Shown: piece after piece, positions 1 through 13,825 of the stretch
Numbering within the stretch: position 1 is the stretch's first letter
Layout of the letters: each line of letters opens with the position of its first letter
Source of the DNA: Octopus vulgaris
Taxonomy: Eukaryota
Assembly: GCA_951406725.2 (NCBI GenBank)
Contig: OX597814.1
Coordinates: forward strand, 58,776,001-58,840,000
Length of the DNA stretch: 64,000 nucleotides
Direction: 5' to 3'
Made by a program: the position numbers and the translations under genes
Notes under the pieces: model-generated
Databases searched by the model: none
What the model was told of the DNA's origin: nothing
Seen by the model: only the letters and a program-made list of their open reading frames with translations

Positions 1-1805
1 ACACTCATAACTTTTTTCTTTCAAAACTTTATTGCATGAGATTGATACCATAAAATTCTTCGAATTGATGTCTTATTTAAGCTTAATTAAAATATAGTTT
101 GTTTTTAAAATAAAAAGTAAAAATTACACTTCAATCCAATTGTTTGCCTTATATTCTTTCATGGTATTTTACCTCACATTTGTTTGATAGACATTTTTGT
201 TGCAGAGGGCCAAAACTATAAAATTCTTCCTGCTTTCTTCTATCATCGAGACTAAGATAACTATATTTTGCATTTAAAATGTTTAAAACTGGTATTTAGA
301 TCTAAACTTGATTAGCGGCGTTACTTACTATCCTATAACGTTGCTATATACACACACGCACACACGCACGCACATACACACACATATATATATATGTACA
401 TACACGCGCAGACACACATGCAGACACACACACAAACACACACACACACACTCATATATATTCGAACTTTAGTTATATGTTTGTGACATATTTCAACTTA
501 AAATGGAAAAAAATCAATGCAGTTATTGTGGAAAAATTTTGTCGCCCTGGTCAATAAAAACTAGCTATATACGAAATAGCGTATCAAAAGGGGCACAGTG
601 GACACATGGAAACCATTTGATGAAGAATCGAGATATTTATAAACAGCTTACTTGCTATTATCCTGCAGTGTGTTATGCATATCGGTTCAGATGTTTCAAG
701 CTTAGTGCATCAATTTAGACGTGGAGAAAAGCAAACGGGTGAAACAAGACTTCATTCATAGATAAATTTTATCATTTACGTGTCATTGAAATAAATTTAC
801 AGAAGTGACAGAAAGACTGAGTGTCGCATGGTCACACTTACATAACAACTAACTTATAACCGAGGGTAATTTTCTTAAGCAAAATGAACTACAATTTTAT
901 TCTGCAATGTACGACTGAATATTGATGTAGAAGTCAAGATAATTAGAAATTATATCCATAACAATAGAAGGGAGGTTTAAGAGGATGTGCATCAAAAGAA
1001 TTTTCAATAAATCAGTAGCAAACATGTGCTGTTTGGATTGCATGGTTTCTCGGGTTTTCGTATGTGGTGGAGGTGATTTGTAATTATGTGTATGTATATC
1101 CATGTGATTATCAAAATCCTATTTGTCAAGTTGGTTGGAAAGAAGGCGTCTTCTTGAAGAAAGCCACGTGGTGTGATAGATGTTTCTCATGTGTGTGTGT
1201 GTGCGCGCGCATATAATTTTTGGGCGTGTGATTTTGTGTGCGTGCATGTGTGAATGAACGTAATGGCGTAGTTCTTCCACTGAGTGATTTCTCATTAGAG
1301 TTGAGAACAAGACATGTTCCATATTCCAAAACGGAGACAAATATAGCGATGTTCTAACCTTGGGAAGGTCTTATGACATTATTTTCCAGAATTCCCTATA
1401 CGACCTGAGAGGGCTCGTACCCATGCTTGCCCATGTGGTTACCACCTGTCGCCTTCTCTAGGCAGGTGGAATTTGAACTCAAAACCGGAAAATATACAAT
1501 AAATTATTTCTGCCGACGTGCCCACCCACTGAACAAAGTGAAATGGCCCGGGAAACTAACCCACAATCACGATCGTGAAGGCAGTCCTTAATCCCAAACT
1601 GCGTGAGTGGGAGAGAATGAAGGCTAGATAGCTGGTTTGTGTTTGTGAGTGTATATGTTATACGTATATTCATACATATATGTATGGATTGTATATATGC
1701 GTATGCATGTAATTGTGTCGTTATAGAATACTTATAACTTCCCAATGTACACACTATTCTTTGATCCGCATTTCATTTTGCTATTTTCGTACTAAAATAT
1801 AACCG

Positions 1806-2015
1806 TTTGTACTAAAGGCACCAGGCCCGAAATTTGTGGGGAAGGGACTAGTAGATTACATCGACCTCAGTGTTTAACTGGTACTTAATTTATCCACTCC
1901 GAAAGGATGAAAAGCAAAGTCAACCTCGGCGGAACTTGAACTCAGAACGTAACGGCAGATGAAATACCGCTAAGTATTTCGTCCGGTGTGCTAACGTTTC
2001 TGCCAGCCCACCACC
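1806..2015 (-). mobile_element. Abundant tRNA-derived SINE (family A), copy 1 of a tandem pair
   Basis: Minus strand reads GGTGGTGGGCTGGCAGAAACGTTAG...TTCTGAGTTCAAGTTCCGCCGAGGTTGACTTTGCTTTTCATCCTTTCGG. It has A/B-box-like motifs and recurs about 10 times in the window. Confidence 0.85.
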
Positions 2016-2024
2016 TTAGTAAAA

Positions 2025-2233
2025 TTTCTTTTCTACTCTAGGCACAGGGCTCGAAATTTTGGGGGAGGGGGAAGTCGATTAGTTCGACCCTTGTACGCAA
2101 CTGGTACTTAATTTATCGACTCTTAAATTATGAAAAGCAAAATCGACCTCGGCAGAATTTGAACTCAGAATGTAAAGACAGACGAAATTACGTTAGGCAT
2201 TTCGTCCGGTGTGCTCACTTGCCAGCTCACCAC
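2025..2233 (-). mobile_element. SINE family A, copy 2 of the tandem pair
   Basis: Same body and tail (GTGCCTAGAGTAGAAAAGA). The pair is bracketed by a direct repeat ACTAAAATATAAC near 1791 and 2241, which is TSD-like. Confidence 0.85.
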
Positions 2234-2700
2234 TTTCGTAACTAAAATATAACACATATATTTAGTTAACAATACATTCAGTTGCTTCTTTACGAACAGT
2301 CTAATGTCATTCTAATTTCCTGAACCTCTTAAATTATATTCTTAATTAGTATCTAAAGGCACTAATCTTGTTTCTCCTTCCATTTTATTTGTCCATATTT
2401 CCTCTCTACTGTTCCGCTATCTTACACTATTTTTTAATTCTGTATTTCAGTTTTTCTCAGTATTTCACAATATCTATCTGAGCCTCTTTATTTCTTGCTC
2501 TTCCTATTCTTTCTATTTTTAATATTTGTTTCATGCTTTTCAACCCTTTCTTTCGCAGTGCCATGTTAGATAAATAATGTAAGGCTTTCATTATTTTATT
2601 TGTTCTAGTCTTCCAATTAGTTTCTGCTGCATATCCTTTCGCTTGTAATTTTTAAAATTTATGGCCTCATTAAAGAATTGTGTCAAGCGGTATGTATATA

Positions 2701-2773
<73 letters not shown>

Positions 2774-2777
<4 letters not shown>

Positions 2778-4017
2778 CTTGGCACGAAAATACTTTCGTT
2801 TTTCTCAATTAGATAGAACTACGATATTTTGAATGACTTTTGTTAATGTTATGATTGCTTTTTTATATTTGATAGCCGTTACGTTTAGCTTCTTTTAGAA
2901 GCAAATTGTACGCCATTTTTTGTACAGCTGTTAGTTCAATGTCTATGTTTACATAGCGTGCAAAAATGAACATTTTCACTGTATTTTGCTTTTTTTATTT
3001 CCGTAAATGCAAGACAGCCGCTGAAGCTCACAAAGAGAATATTATGGTGTTGATTGCTTAACAGAACGCATATGTCAGAAATGGTTTAAAAATTTCCGTT
3101 CTAGAAATTTTTCAGTCAAAGATGATCAACGTCCTGGTCGACGTAATGAAGATGATGATGACTGAATCAAAACCATAATTAAATATGATTATCATATAAC
3201 TGTGCGAGATATTGCAGAGAGGTTAAATGTATTTTCACACAAGAACTGAAAATCAGTTAAAATATCTTGAACTTGTTAAGAAGCTCAATATCTGGGTACC
3301 ACATAAATTGAAAGAGATTCACTGAACACAACCAATAAATATTTGCGATATGCATCTCAAGCGTATTAAAATCGACCTTGTTTTGAAACGAATCATCACT
3401 GGCAATGAAAGATGGATTGTCTACAATGAAATCAATCGTAAACGATTATGGTCCAAGTGTAATGAATCAGCACAAACCACATCAAAATCTGAATTGCATC
3501 AAAAGAATGTCATGCTGTCATTTGGCGGAATTACAAAGGTGTTGTGTATTTTGAGCTGCTTCGAAGGATCCCAACTATCAATTTAGTTGTTTACTGTCAA
3601 CAACTAATGAAACTGGACGAAGTAATCAAAGAAAAATGGTCAGATCGTAAATGAATCGTATAACAATGCTAGACCGCACACATAATTCGTGCAAAATTAT
3701 TGAAGCTTGGCTGGAAAAAGATATCACATCCACCATATAGACCTGACCTTGCACCATAGATTACCACTTATTTCGAACTTTGCAAAACTTTTTGAATGGT
3801 AAAACATTCAATAACGATGATGGCCTGAAAGCGCACATGCTTCAGTTTTGGGGTGATAAGTACCAGAACGCAGAATAATGAAGTTACCAGAATGATGGAA
3901 AAAGGTCATCGAACAAAATAAAAAATATATAACTGATTAAAGTTTATTCATTGTACGAAGAAAAAAATGACTATTATTTCACATTAAATGCCCTAAAATA
4001 CTTTCTAGCTAACGCAA
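2774..4017 (+). mobile_element. Full-length decayed mariner (DD34D) DNA transposon, about 1.24 kb
   Basis: TA-flanked, with degenerate TIRs (TTGGCTTGGCACGAAAATACTTTCG ... AAAATACTTTCTAGCTAACGCAA). The frameshifted transposase has WVPHKL, IITGNERWIVY, NNARPHT and HPPYRPDLAP-DYHLF motifs and ends [12 protein letters not shown]. Confidence 0.92.
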
Positions 4018-4040
4018 TATACAGTGATACAGACACACGT

Positions 4041-4224
<184 letters not shown>

Positions 4225-4644
4225 ATGTGTGTGTGTGTGTATTATACGTAGTATAGTATATGAACAGTCCTTTACAAAAACAGAAGTGTAGGTATCACCT
4301 TTTGTGCTGCCAGAAGATACTTCATAAAACATTTGTTTATTATGTTACATGTGTGTGGTCGCGCACGCGCGTCGTACTGTGTGTGTGTGTATGCACGCGT
4401 GATTAGCTTACAGCTCTTTCTCCTATAGGATGCGGTTTACTCAGTTGAATGCCTAAATAACATTTTATTCCTTCATCTCTCTCTGTTTCAGTCTCTCTCT
4501 CTCTTTCTCTCTCTCTCTATCTAGTTATATATATATATGTATATATGTACATGCGTAGAATATAGACATCCATATATTTTTATTTATATGCATAACCATA
4601 GGCGTGTACGTACATATCTATCAACATATATAACATATATATAT

Positions 4645-4708
<64 letters not shown>

Positions 4709-6734
4709 TATATATATATATATTTACATATACATATGTATGTATATATTATACGTATATATGCATATGTGTAAGTATCTATGTGCAGGTTCAGCAATAT
4801 CTTTTACTGTAGACTCAACACAATTCAAATTCGGATAACCTTTCATAATTCATGAAATGAACTTTATTCAACGAAAGTGTTTTTATTCCAATACGCTTTT
4901 ATAGATATATTGTAACAGACGAATCAATGAAAAATATGTCTTCGCAACATGATTTTTGTTGTCAGTTTATTGTTTTCCCTCACATTCTAAATTAACTACA
5001 GTTTCAATTAATTTGATATTTAATATAGCAATATATAACCAAAGATGCCTTCATGACATTCTATTCTTATTCATATGAACACACAACTATAGATCTATAT
5101 GCTTACACATACACACACACATACACATACCTACTCTCTCACGCATACATACAATCGGGTGCGCGCTTATACTCACAGAAGTATGCGAGTATATGACTGG
5201 CAGCCACGGAGTAAGAAGCCCCTTCTCTGACACTGAAGTCACGCGCGAATATAAAATTCGATTGAAACACACACAGTCACAAAATATACATGCATTTACA
5301 AATGAGCACATATTTACACACATACGCTGCAACAACTGTCTCCCTATGAGGCTAAAAAGCTGACATGGCGTACCATGCATGCTAGAATATTCAAACGTTC
5401 TGTAATGGAATATAAATTTATTGTCTTGCAGATATACCAGCACAAGGCAGTATATTTAACTTGATCAATTGTGTTTAAAATACAGTTGAGTATATATATT
5501 TTATCTATATTTTATCGACTCTGCTTCTGACGTAAGTAAATTTATATGTAAGGAACATTTAGAATCATAAGGCTAGTAAAGATTGAGAAGTGTTTGGAAA
5601 ATGCTGCATCTGTTGTTGATTCATCACCAGGCTGATTCAGGTTCAACAGATATATGACAGAAGATTTTCTTCTTTTAATATATACCAGAGCATTATGCAA
5701 TGTTTTGCTACTATTAACAAGTCTCGTAGTACAAGTAGTTGTGCACGCGCGTGTGTGTATGTACTAAGCATAAAAATGAACGGGGTTTGATTTCTTCGAC
5801 TAAGCCCATCAAGTGTTTCCCCAGCCCGTTAGTAGTCTAGCGACTGAAACATGTAAAGCCCAAAAGATATTTCTTCTCAGACAATTGAATGAAATATTTC
5901 TCTTCAAATTAATTATTGTTGACTAATCAATACACTTCTTTCAACGCTTCTAGAGTCTGGGAAAGCAACACGGAGTGCATATTTAAAGGTACTGCACAGT
6001 ATCAGGGTGGATTTTAAATTTCGAATTAAAAGATTTAGAAATCGGTAACTCGGAGATTTGAACGGCGGACAAAAATGGTTTGTCAAGATTTGTACCAAAA
6101 TATCAAGGTCAATAAGTGTGACGTGACTCGTGTGATGTCGAGAAACTATATTTCTTTTTCTTAAACTGTCCATTTATCTGCTTCACATAAAGAACTTCAT
6201 AGATCGTTTGACTATATTCAAAAACATTCATCTTAAATAATACTCTGGTAATCAAAAGCAAAACAAAACAAAATATAAAATTGGCGATCCTCAAACGTGA
6301 TGTTTCATTTCGGCGGCAATTTCCCGTCCCTTTGTGACAACCGCTGCATCAGTTGAATAGTGTGCATGTATACTCTAGTTTTGCCCCTTATTATGGAACG
6401 AAGTAGAAATGTTTTAGTATTTGAATGATCAAATCACTCCAGGCTGAATTTTTGCACAAATTTCACAGAAAATTTGGTGACGATTTTTAAAGAAGGAAGC
6501 ATACGATTTAATGGGCGTCTTTTGAAGATGGTGATCTATATTTAGAAAAATAATCCGACAAGATTGAAGTAAATTTAATATTGTTGACACTGAGCACTGC
6601 TGAATATAACACATGTAAGATGGAGTTGTTACTATATGAAAAAGACACCTGCATCATAGCTTTCCTAATTTGAAAAAGATATTTCACAAGAAATAATTCT
6701 TATTATTATTATCATTCTCATAATTAAACTTAAA

Positions 6735-6948
6735 ATAATAATGATAACTTGAAATCGCACATGCTTTAGCTTTTGGCTGATAAGTACCAGAAGTTCTATG
6801 AGCGCGGAATAATGAAGTTGCCATAAGTATGGCAAAAGGTCATCGAACAAAATGAAAGATATATAACTGATTAAATTTCATTCTTTGTATGAAAAAATGG
6901 CTTATATTTCACACTAAAAAACCGAAACTGCTTTCTCCCCAAAGCAAT
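6735..6948 (+). mobile_element. 3' fragment of the same mariner family with right TIR
   Basis: Matches 3810-4017 (GAATAATGAAGTTGCC...AAAAGGTCATCGAACAAAAT...ATAACTGATTAAA) and ends AAACCGAAACTGCTTTCTCCCCAAAGCAA-TA. Confidence 0.85.
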
Positions 6949-8090
6949 ATACAATGACACACACACACGCACATATATATATATATGGTAGAAATGCAAG
7001 ATATCCCCAGGTGCACTAAACGCAGGTTCACACTAGTATCCATAACAAAGTAAAAATATGTCATGTAGTTAATTTTAAAAGGTGCCGCATCACTGCACTC
7101 TACTAGAGGTACACCCTGGTACAGAGAGTCTGCTGATGCCCATACAAGAATTCAATTTCGTTTCCGAATAATTTCAACTATATATGTTATATATTTGATA
7201 AACCTGCTTACTTGCCTACCGACCTACCTACATTTACATACATACATACACATATACATACATATACACATACATATATACATACATACATAGGCATACC
7301 TGTATATATATGTGTGTGTGCATGTATATATGTACTTCTAACATTTCTTTAGGTTAACGAATGACAGAAAAATATACGTACACAAAGTAAATTGTATGTT
7401 CGTTGTATCTTGCTGTTCAATAGCCTAGAATAAGTGAGAAATTATCCTCAATAACTTAGGTCAAGACGATGAATGAATTCTCACTACAAAGTGACTCCAG
7501 AACGGTATAACGGTCACAATTTCTCGGTTTCCTGCGTCAAGATTCCTACATATGCTCATGGTCATACTGTGATTATAGTAAACGTCTTACCCTCAGTCTC
7601 CCGAAGCATTAAGAATGATAAGATAATCATATAATGTTTGAACAATACAATCTTACTTGCAAACACTGGATGATGCAGCACTTTTGATTAGATTCGTGTA
7701 AAACACTCCTCAGCACCAAGTCGTTAAGACAATAATGCTATTGGAAATACAGAATGGGATTCTACAAAGATTGAGAGTCTTCTGAATGCCTTATATATAT
7801 TGAAACAGTTGACAACGAATATTCAGTATCACAAGACAACAGGAGAAAGAAGAGGAGAGAGTTAGAGATATACAGACGGAGTTAGACAGAGATAGAGAGA
7901 GAGAGAAAGGGAGAGAGAAAGAGAGAGAGAAAGAGAAAGATGAATGAGGATGAGAGGGAGAGGGAGAGAGGAAGAACCACAGAAAGGAATTTTAGCTTCT
8001 CACAGAGGGAAGACGTCTATTATCAGTTTTTCGTGAATTTTTTCTCGCTTATTGATATTAGGCACACATACTACGAAACCCATATATATA

Positions 8091-8559
8091 CTAGCAGATG
8101 AGCCCGGTTTCACCAGGTCGGTTTTGATGATGTGGCTGCAAAACCTGCTGTGTGTAAGTATTCGACTCGTCTGGGCACGCTTACGTTAAAACACAATTTT
8201 AGAATTACTTTTTTTCTGTCTAAACGCTAAAAATAACGAAGAAAAAAACCCCACCAAGTTTCAACCAAATCAAAACATAAACCCAAATATTAAGCAGAGA
8301 CGAACCATACCACTTCCATTGCACCCGCACATGAATACACACACACAAACACAAACATACACACGCACACCCACATTGACATACCCCCTTTTACATACAC
8401 ACTTATATTTACAGAGAATTGCAAAGCTGCTTGATTTATTTTTTTCAGTGTACAATTATCATCATTCCACTACCAAGTATGACATCACTCCTTCCTTCTT
8501 TATTTATCTATCACCCCTCCCTTTCTCATTCATAAACACAAGGGTATTATTATAGTAGA
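8091..8559 (-). mobile_element. Non-autonomous Helitron
   Basis: On the minus strand the 5' end is A|TCTACTATAATAATA (8559) and the 3' end is CTAG|T (8091). A hairpin CCTGGT-GAA-ACCGGG (8103-8117) lies 8 nt before the CTAG. Inserted between A and T with no TSD. Confidence 0.72.
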
Positions 8560-9619
8560 TTATCTCGGTAACAATTGGCGCTATGAAAAAATACAAGGCC
8601 AAGAATCACCACCGGATCATTCTACACACCTGTGTATATTTTCGTGCAATCCCTCCCAGCCGTTTAACCGTGAATCCCAAGACAAGAAAGAATCGCCCAT
8701 GCCAAAATTATATGTATGTATGCATGTACATGTATATATATATATATATATACATGTATAAATGTTTATATATGTACATATACTTGTAGGAAGACACGTA
8801 TACATTATATACACACAAATGTGTTATATATATATATATATATATATGTATCAGACAAAAGTGATTATAAAAGTCAACAGAAATCAGTTCTATTAGATCA
8901 TAACACTTAGAACTAAAGTAATAAAAAACTGTTGCATTGCTTTTTCATGCAGTGATGGCATATAATTTAGAGCTGAGAATGATAATAGCCATTGAAATGA
9001 TCTACAAGTGGAAAAAAAACATGTTAGATGAAAGGCAGAGACGCAACGATCTAAAACGGAATGCACGTGTACGTTTGCAAATATGTATATGACGTATCTA
9101 TTATGTGTACATATGCATGTGTATATATATCTATATATATATATATATATATGTGTATATATATATATATATGTATATACACACACACACACATATATAT
9201 ATTTACTTACATGCACAAGTGCATACGGATTGTCTTAACATGGTTGGTTTCTAATAAATACTACTGAGAAATTAAGAAGATCGATATACTGTGTATCAGA
9301 AAATGTGTTTACCTATATATCACATTTATATCTTGCAGACAACTGCATGATTCTGTAAGAAAATATCGTTCTTAGCTTTAGTAAAATCCTATTGTAATAT
9401 TATAATATCCTATTGTTTCAATCGTCGTTTTTCAGTGCTAAGATGGTAGGAGAGAGAGAAGAGAAAGACATTATAGCCTCGTTTTCTGAAATTCGCATCC
9501 AAATATATGTACATTCTGATGTATGCATGTATGAATGTGTCTGTGCGTGTATGTATATATATTTATACATCTGTGTGTATATTTAAATATACTGATAGAT
9601 AAATGGATATATAGTCATG

Positions 9620-9656
<37 letters not shown>

Positions 9657-9659
<3 letters not shown>

Positions 9660-9952
9660 GTGAAATAGAAAGATGAATAATCTTGTAGCAGATTAATCAA
9701 AAGTTTAACCGATACCTTGGTAGCAAAAATCACAGCTCTTAGGAGCTTAGTTCGATTTGTTTTGCTCCGCCTCTGTTCTGTTTTTGTTTTTTCCAACGGA
9801 TTTCCTATTTCTTCCTGAAGAGAAAGACACAATATGGTCTCATTATTCAATCGGATTTTGGTAAATTGTGCCTTTCGAAACACGTGTAGAATGAAATAAA
9901 ACGATTTCTGTTCAATCTTCGTTCAGCTCCATTTCTTCAATTCACCAAATTT
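9657..9952 (+). mobile_element. Short non-coding PLE pseudo-LTR/retrozyme-like element carrying a hammerhead ribozyme
   Basis: About 300 bp of non-microsatellite sequence flanked on both sides by (TA)n, containing the hammerhead motif at 9806-9898. Confidence 0.6.
9806..9898 (+). ncRNA. Type I hammerhead ribozyme, intact core
   Basis: Stem I UAUUUCUUC/GAA(U)GAAAUA; CUGAAGA at 9815-9821; stem II GAAAGACACAAU/AUUGUGCCUUUC (11 of 12 pairs); GAAA at 9877-9880; stem III A-C-ACGU-G-U; GUA cleavage triplet ending at 9888. Confidence 0.82.
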
Positions 9953-10080
9953 TATATATATATATATATATATGCATATATATATTCATATACATATATA
10001 TGTATATATTTATTTGTATGGAATATATATGCTATATATGCATTTATCTGACGGCATATTTATATATGTTTATATATATA

Positions 10081-10305
10081 CCCATAAATATCTTACATCT
10101 ATTTTTTTTTCCTCCACCTCACCACCTCACTCTCTATTTGCATCACATCGAAACTAATTATGACTTATTTTTTCCTCTCACATCGTCTCCGATGAAGGGA
10201 TATTATTAATTATTATCCTAGACACAGCTGTAAGACCTTCTATCTATAAATGCTCTAATATTTATATAGCCTTGGTTTTTTTATCTCATTACGCAAAAAA
10301 TTCTT
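10081..10305 (+). mobile_element. PLE pseudo-LTR remnant with a degenerate hammerhead (10185-10236)
   Basis: GTCT-CCGATGA-AGGGATA...TATCCT-A-GACA-C-AGCT-G-TA-AGAC. The element ends in a (TA)n tract and the same motif family occurs at 48503-48558. Confidence 0.6.
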
Positions 10306-10399
10306 ATATATATATACGTATACATATCACAAATTCACTTTCATGAACATATATCAAAGTGCAAAACACCGTACCTTTACCATATGTATATGATCAAAG

Positions 10400-10740
10400 T
10401 TATAACCGTACTCTAGATAAAACCCATTTCTTTGCGATAATAAGGACTCTCCCTCAAAAAGGATCATTTGATATACTCCTCAGAATTTCAGCTAACCAAA
10501 ACCTACGATCGGAAAGACTGAGATATCTTCATATATGTTTCGACTGTTGTCACTGATAAATATAATCTCGTTGCTGCATTTCTATTTTCGAAATTTAAGT
10601 GTCACACAGATACGAAAATCAAGACATACACTTTTACATTACCCAATTCACTCCCTGGGAATTAAACTTCGCGAGTTCTCCCAACGCTGAATTATCATCA
10701 CAAATATATTATCTACATTCAAAACCGTCTATGATCAGTC
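10400..10740 (+). mobile_element. Highly decayed CR1/L2-type LINE 3' end (tentative)
   Basis: Broken-frame similarity to the CR1 C-terminal pattern (xGHxYKI ... W(N)xLP ... LSTFKxxYD). Confidence 0.3.
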
Positions 10741-10822
10741 AAAACCGCTCTGAAAATGATTAATTTATAAAAGCATCTTAGGACGAAAGATATAAGTTGT
10801 TACAATAGGTACAAAAGGTTAA

Positions 10823-10882
10823 GCACAGCCCCTGATCTAGAATTTAATTGAAATTCTATGGGACGAAATTGATTACAAGATA
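10823..10882 (+). mobile_element. Tiny Tc1-like transposase fragment
   Basis: With frameshifts it reads AQ(S)PDLxLIEILWDEIDYKI, matching the Tc1 SPDLNPIENLW catalytic-E motif. Confidence 0.45.
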
Positions 10883-11429
10883 TATTCTTGTTCCTCACGT
10901 CATATATACAAACTATTTAACTGCATGTTTTCCAGGTTGGATGTCTCCTTGGGAATTTTTAAATGGTTATTATTTTGAACTGCATATTCATTGATTTATT
11001 ATGTTTATGATGAAACCATAAGTATTTCATGTAGTTCTGTGTTCAGACACCATTTCTGGAGTCCGAAGTAATAAATTCATTGAGACCTTAAGGCGGTGCA
11101 AACGTAGCTAATTTTCTTCATATTCGTTCATGATCAAATTAAATTTTTTGATGGAATTGAAATTTGGGGGATTTTTCTTCCGTTGCCTTTGTGGTGATTA
11201 TTTTCATACATAAAACATAATGATATATTGTCTAATTATATTCATTATATTAATTCGTCGATAATTTATTCCGGCTGCTCTTTCATGTGTGCCTCTGTTG
11301 ACATAATTACATACTGTTAATTTAGAAGGTACACTATGGAAATATCACAATGTACTGAACTGCATACTCAGAACTACTTAATCCAGAATATGTCCTACTA
11401 CTAGTACTGCTGCTGCTGCTGCTGCTACA

Positions 11430-11485
<56 letters not shown>

Positions 11486-13609
11486 CGCCACCATCACCAC
11501 CACCACCATATGTACTACTATTACGAATAATAATTATAATTAAAATTGTTTCTAACATAAAGGACTTGGTCAGATATTTGCTAGAGGGATCTAATCGAAT
11601 AAATAACCACTGGCAACTTCATGATATACAAATTATTTCATCGACTGCGGTTACCCAATTTGACTTTAGCGTTTCATCACCCGCGAGTTGACAAATAAAT
11701 ACGCTTGGCAAGAATTGTGCTCTATTTTATAGTGAGCGTCTAAAACATTTTGGTCATGTAATTAAGTTATAAAACGTTAGAAAACACTGAGTGACCCTCT
11801 GAGATATTTGAACTCCCAATGTAAACAGCAGAAAGCATACTGCAAAGAATTTTGCCACATGCTCCGGAGATGCTGCCAATTCATAGCCTTTAACAAAATC
11901 AAAATCACACTTAGAATTTAAAATATGGAAATGTGCCATAAACGTATACCAAAATGCGATACCCGACGATGACTTGAACATAAACATCTGGGAGGCCCTT
12001 GTCAAGCTTTAACAGGAGATCAAGTTAAATTGTCCTGATAAGTAGATCAAGGAAAATGGTTCTAGTTAATGGATCCACGATTGGAAAGAAAATATCAACA
12101 TTATAGTAAATATTTCTATCCACTTTGATCAGAAAAAAGTGGGGAAAGAAAAGTACTCATATCCTGAAATGAAAATAACCAAAATTTCAAAGAGAAAAGT
12201 GAATACAATGGTACATATAGCTGGAGTTATATTTATGATAAATAAAAATAAATTAATAATAAGCATGTCAGGACACAGTAAAAAAATATGTTTGTTTGAC
12301 ACAAGCAGTTACTACGCAAGGCACTTTAAATTCAATAAGGTAGGAATCAAGTAGCCTGGGGCTAGACTACTCTTACAAGATTTATTTTATTTGGAAAAAT
12401 TACAGAAAACATGCGGTAAAACTGCCATGAAGTACTGAATATCCAACGCTTCGGTCAGTCATTTTACAGTGTTAAGATCGTAGGAAGGATGAAAGAAAGA
12501 AACAGCTGTGAATTTGACTTTGAAGATACGCCCCCCACCTGCGTCACTAGTCATAGGATTTCCACTATACTTTTTCTATTACTTTCATTTACATTGGTAT
12601 GCGTTTTCCAGAAAACATATGCACTGTATAATAAATATCCAATAAAACAACGCCGTATGTAGGCATGTGCTACCTCATAAAATAACACATTCCATTAAGT
12701 AATCAGTATCCGACATTATAACAATAACAATTCAAAACTTAGCTGCCACTCATTAAAATATGGCTATCATCTGAAAGTAGTAATATTTTAAGAATTAAAA
12801 TCGACAGATCTTCCTCTTGAACAAAGAAAGCTGCTCCAGTTAACATGGCAACAAAAGTAATAAATAAATCAACACACTATTGCTGTCATAAATAGCATAG
12901 AGTCGAATAAAAGTATCTATGCAGAAGTTACAATAGTCAGAAATGGATAAACCTGCCACATTAAAGCTACTAATATAGTAATAAAATTACTAATGAGTGA
13001 AGTTAACATACAATGTAAGAAGACATTAAAATTTAAGACGACTCAATTCCCATGTACTCGACATTGCAAAAAGAGAAATACAAACCAAATCACAAAAATA
13101 TTAGAAAACTATTAAAAAATGCAGAACAATATAATAAAACAGAACTACTGGAAAGACGCTTAAGGCAATAGATCCTCACAAAACCGCATATCATACATGG
13201 TTAGAAAATGAGACAATTCGATGAACAAGCCAAAATGTTTTAACAATCTCCGAAACTGGGAAAAAAGTAGAGAGTAAGAGTGACAGTAAATATTCATTCT
13301 GGAGACAAGAATCCCTTTATCAATAGCGATTGCTGAAGAGTTGCATTATACTGTAACAATACAAGAACTACTTTAGATGTTGCGCAGGAGAGATTTATTA
13401 GAATTCTGTAGGAAATCATAAAATTGCAAACTTATTTGTAGTTTCAAAATTATTCTCTGATTTATTTGAATAGCCAAAAAGAACTCCGAAATGTTTTAGT
13501 GTGCAATGAAGCATTTTAACCCCAGAAGACTAAAGAAATAACAATCTCTCAACTTTATAGACTAAACCCTACCTTTTTAGATCATAAACGATATTATAAA
13601 TATTACAAA

Positions 13610-13825
13610 GACGCCGAGGTGGCAGAATCGTTACCAAGCCGGGTGAAATGCTTAGCGGCACTTCGTTTTTCTTTGCATTCTGAGTTCAAATACCACTGAG
13701 GTCGGCTTTGGCTTTCATCCTTTCGGAGTCAATAAAATAATTACCAGTTGAGTGCTGGGATAGTTATGATCGATCTACCTACTACCTCGAAATTGCTGGC
13801 CTAGTGCCAAACTTTGAAATAAATC
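13610..13825 (+). mobile_element. SINE family A
   Basis: GACGCCGAGGTGGCAGAATCGTT...TTCTGAGTTCAAA...TTTCATCCTTTCGG...AAATTGCTGGCC. Confidence 0.8.
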
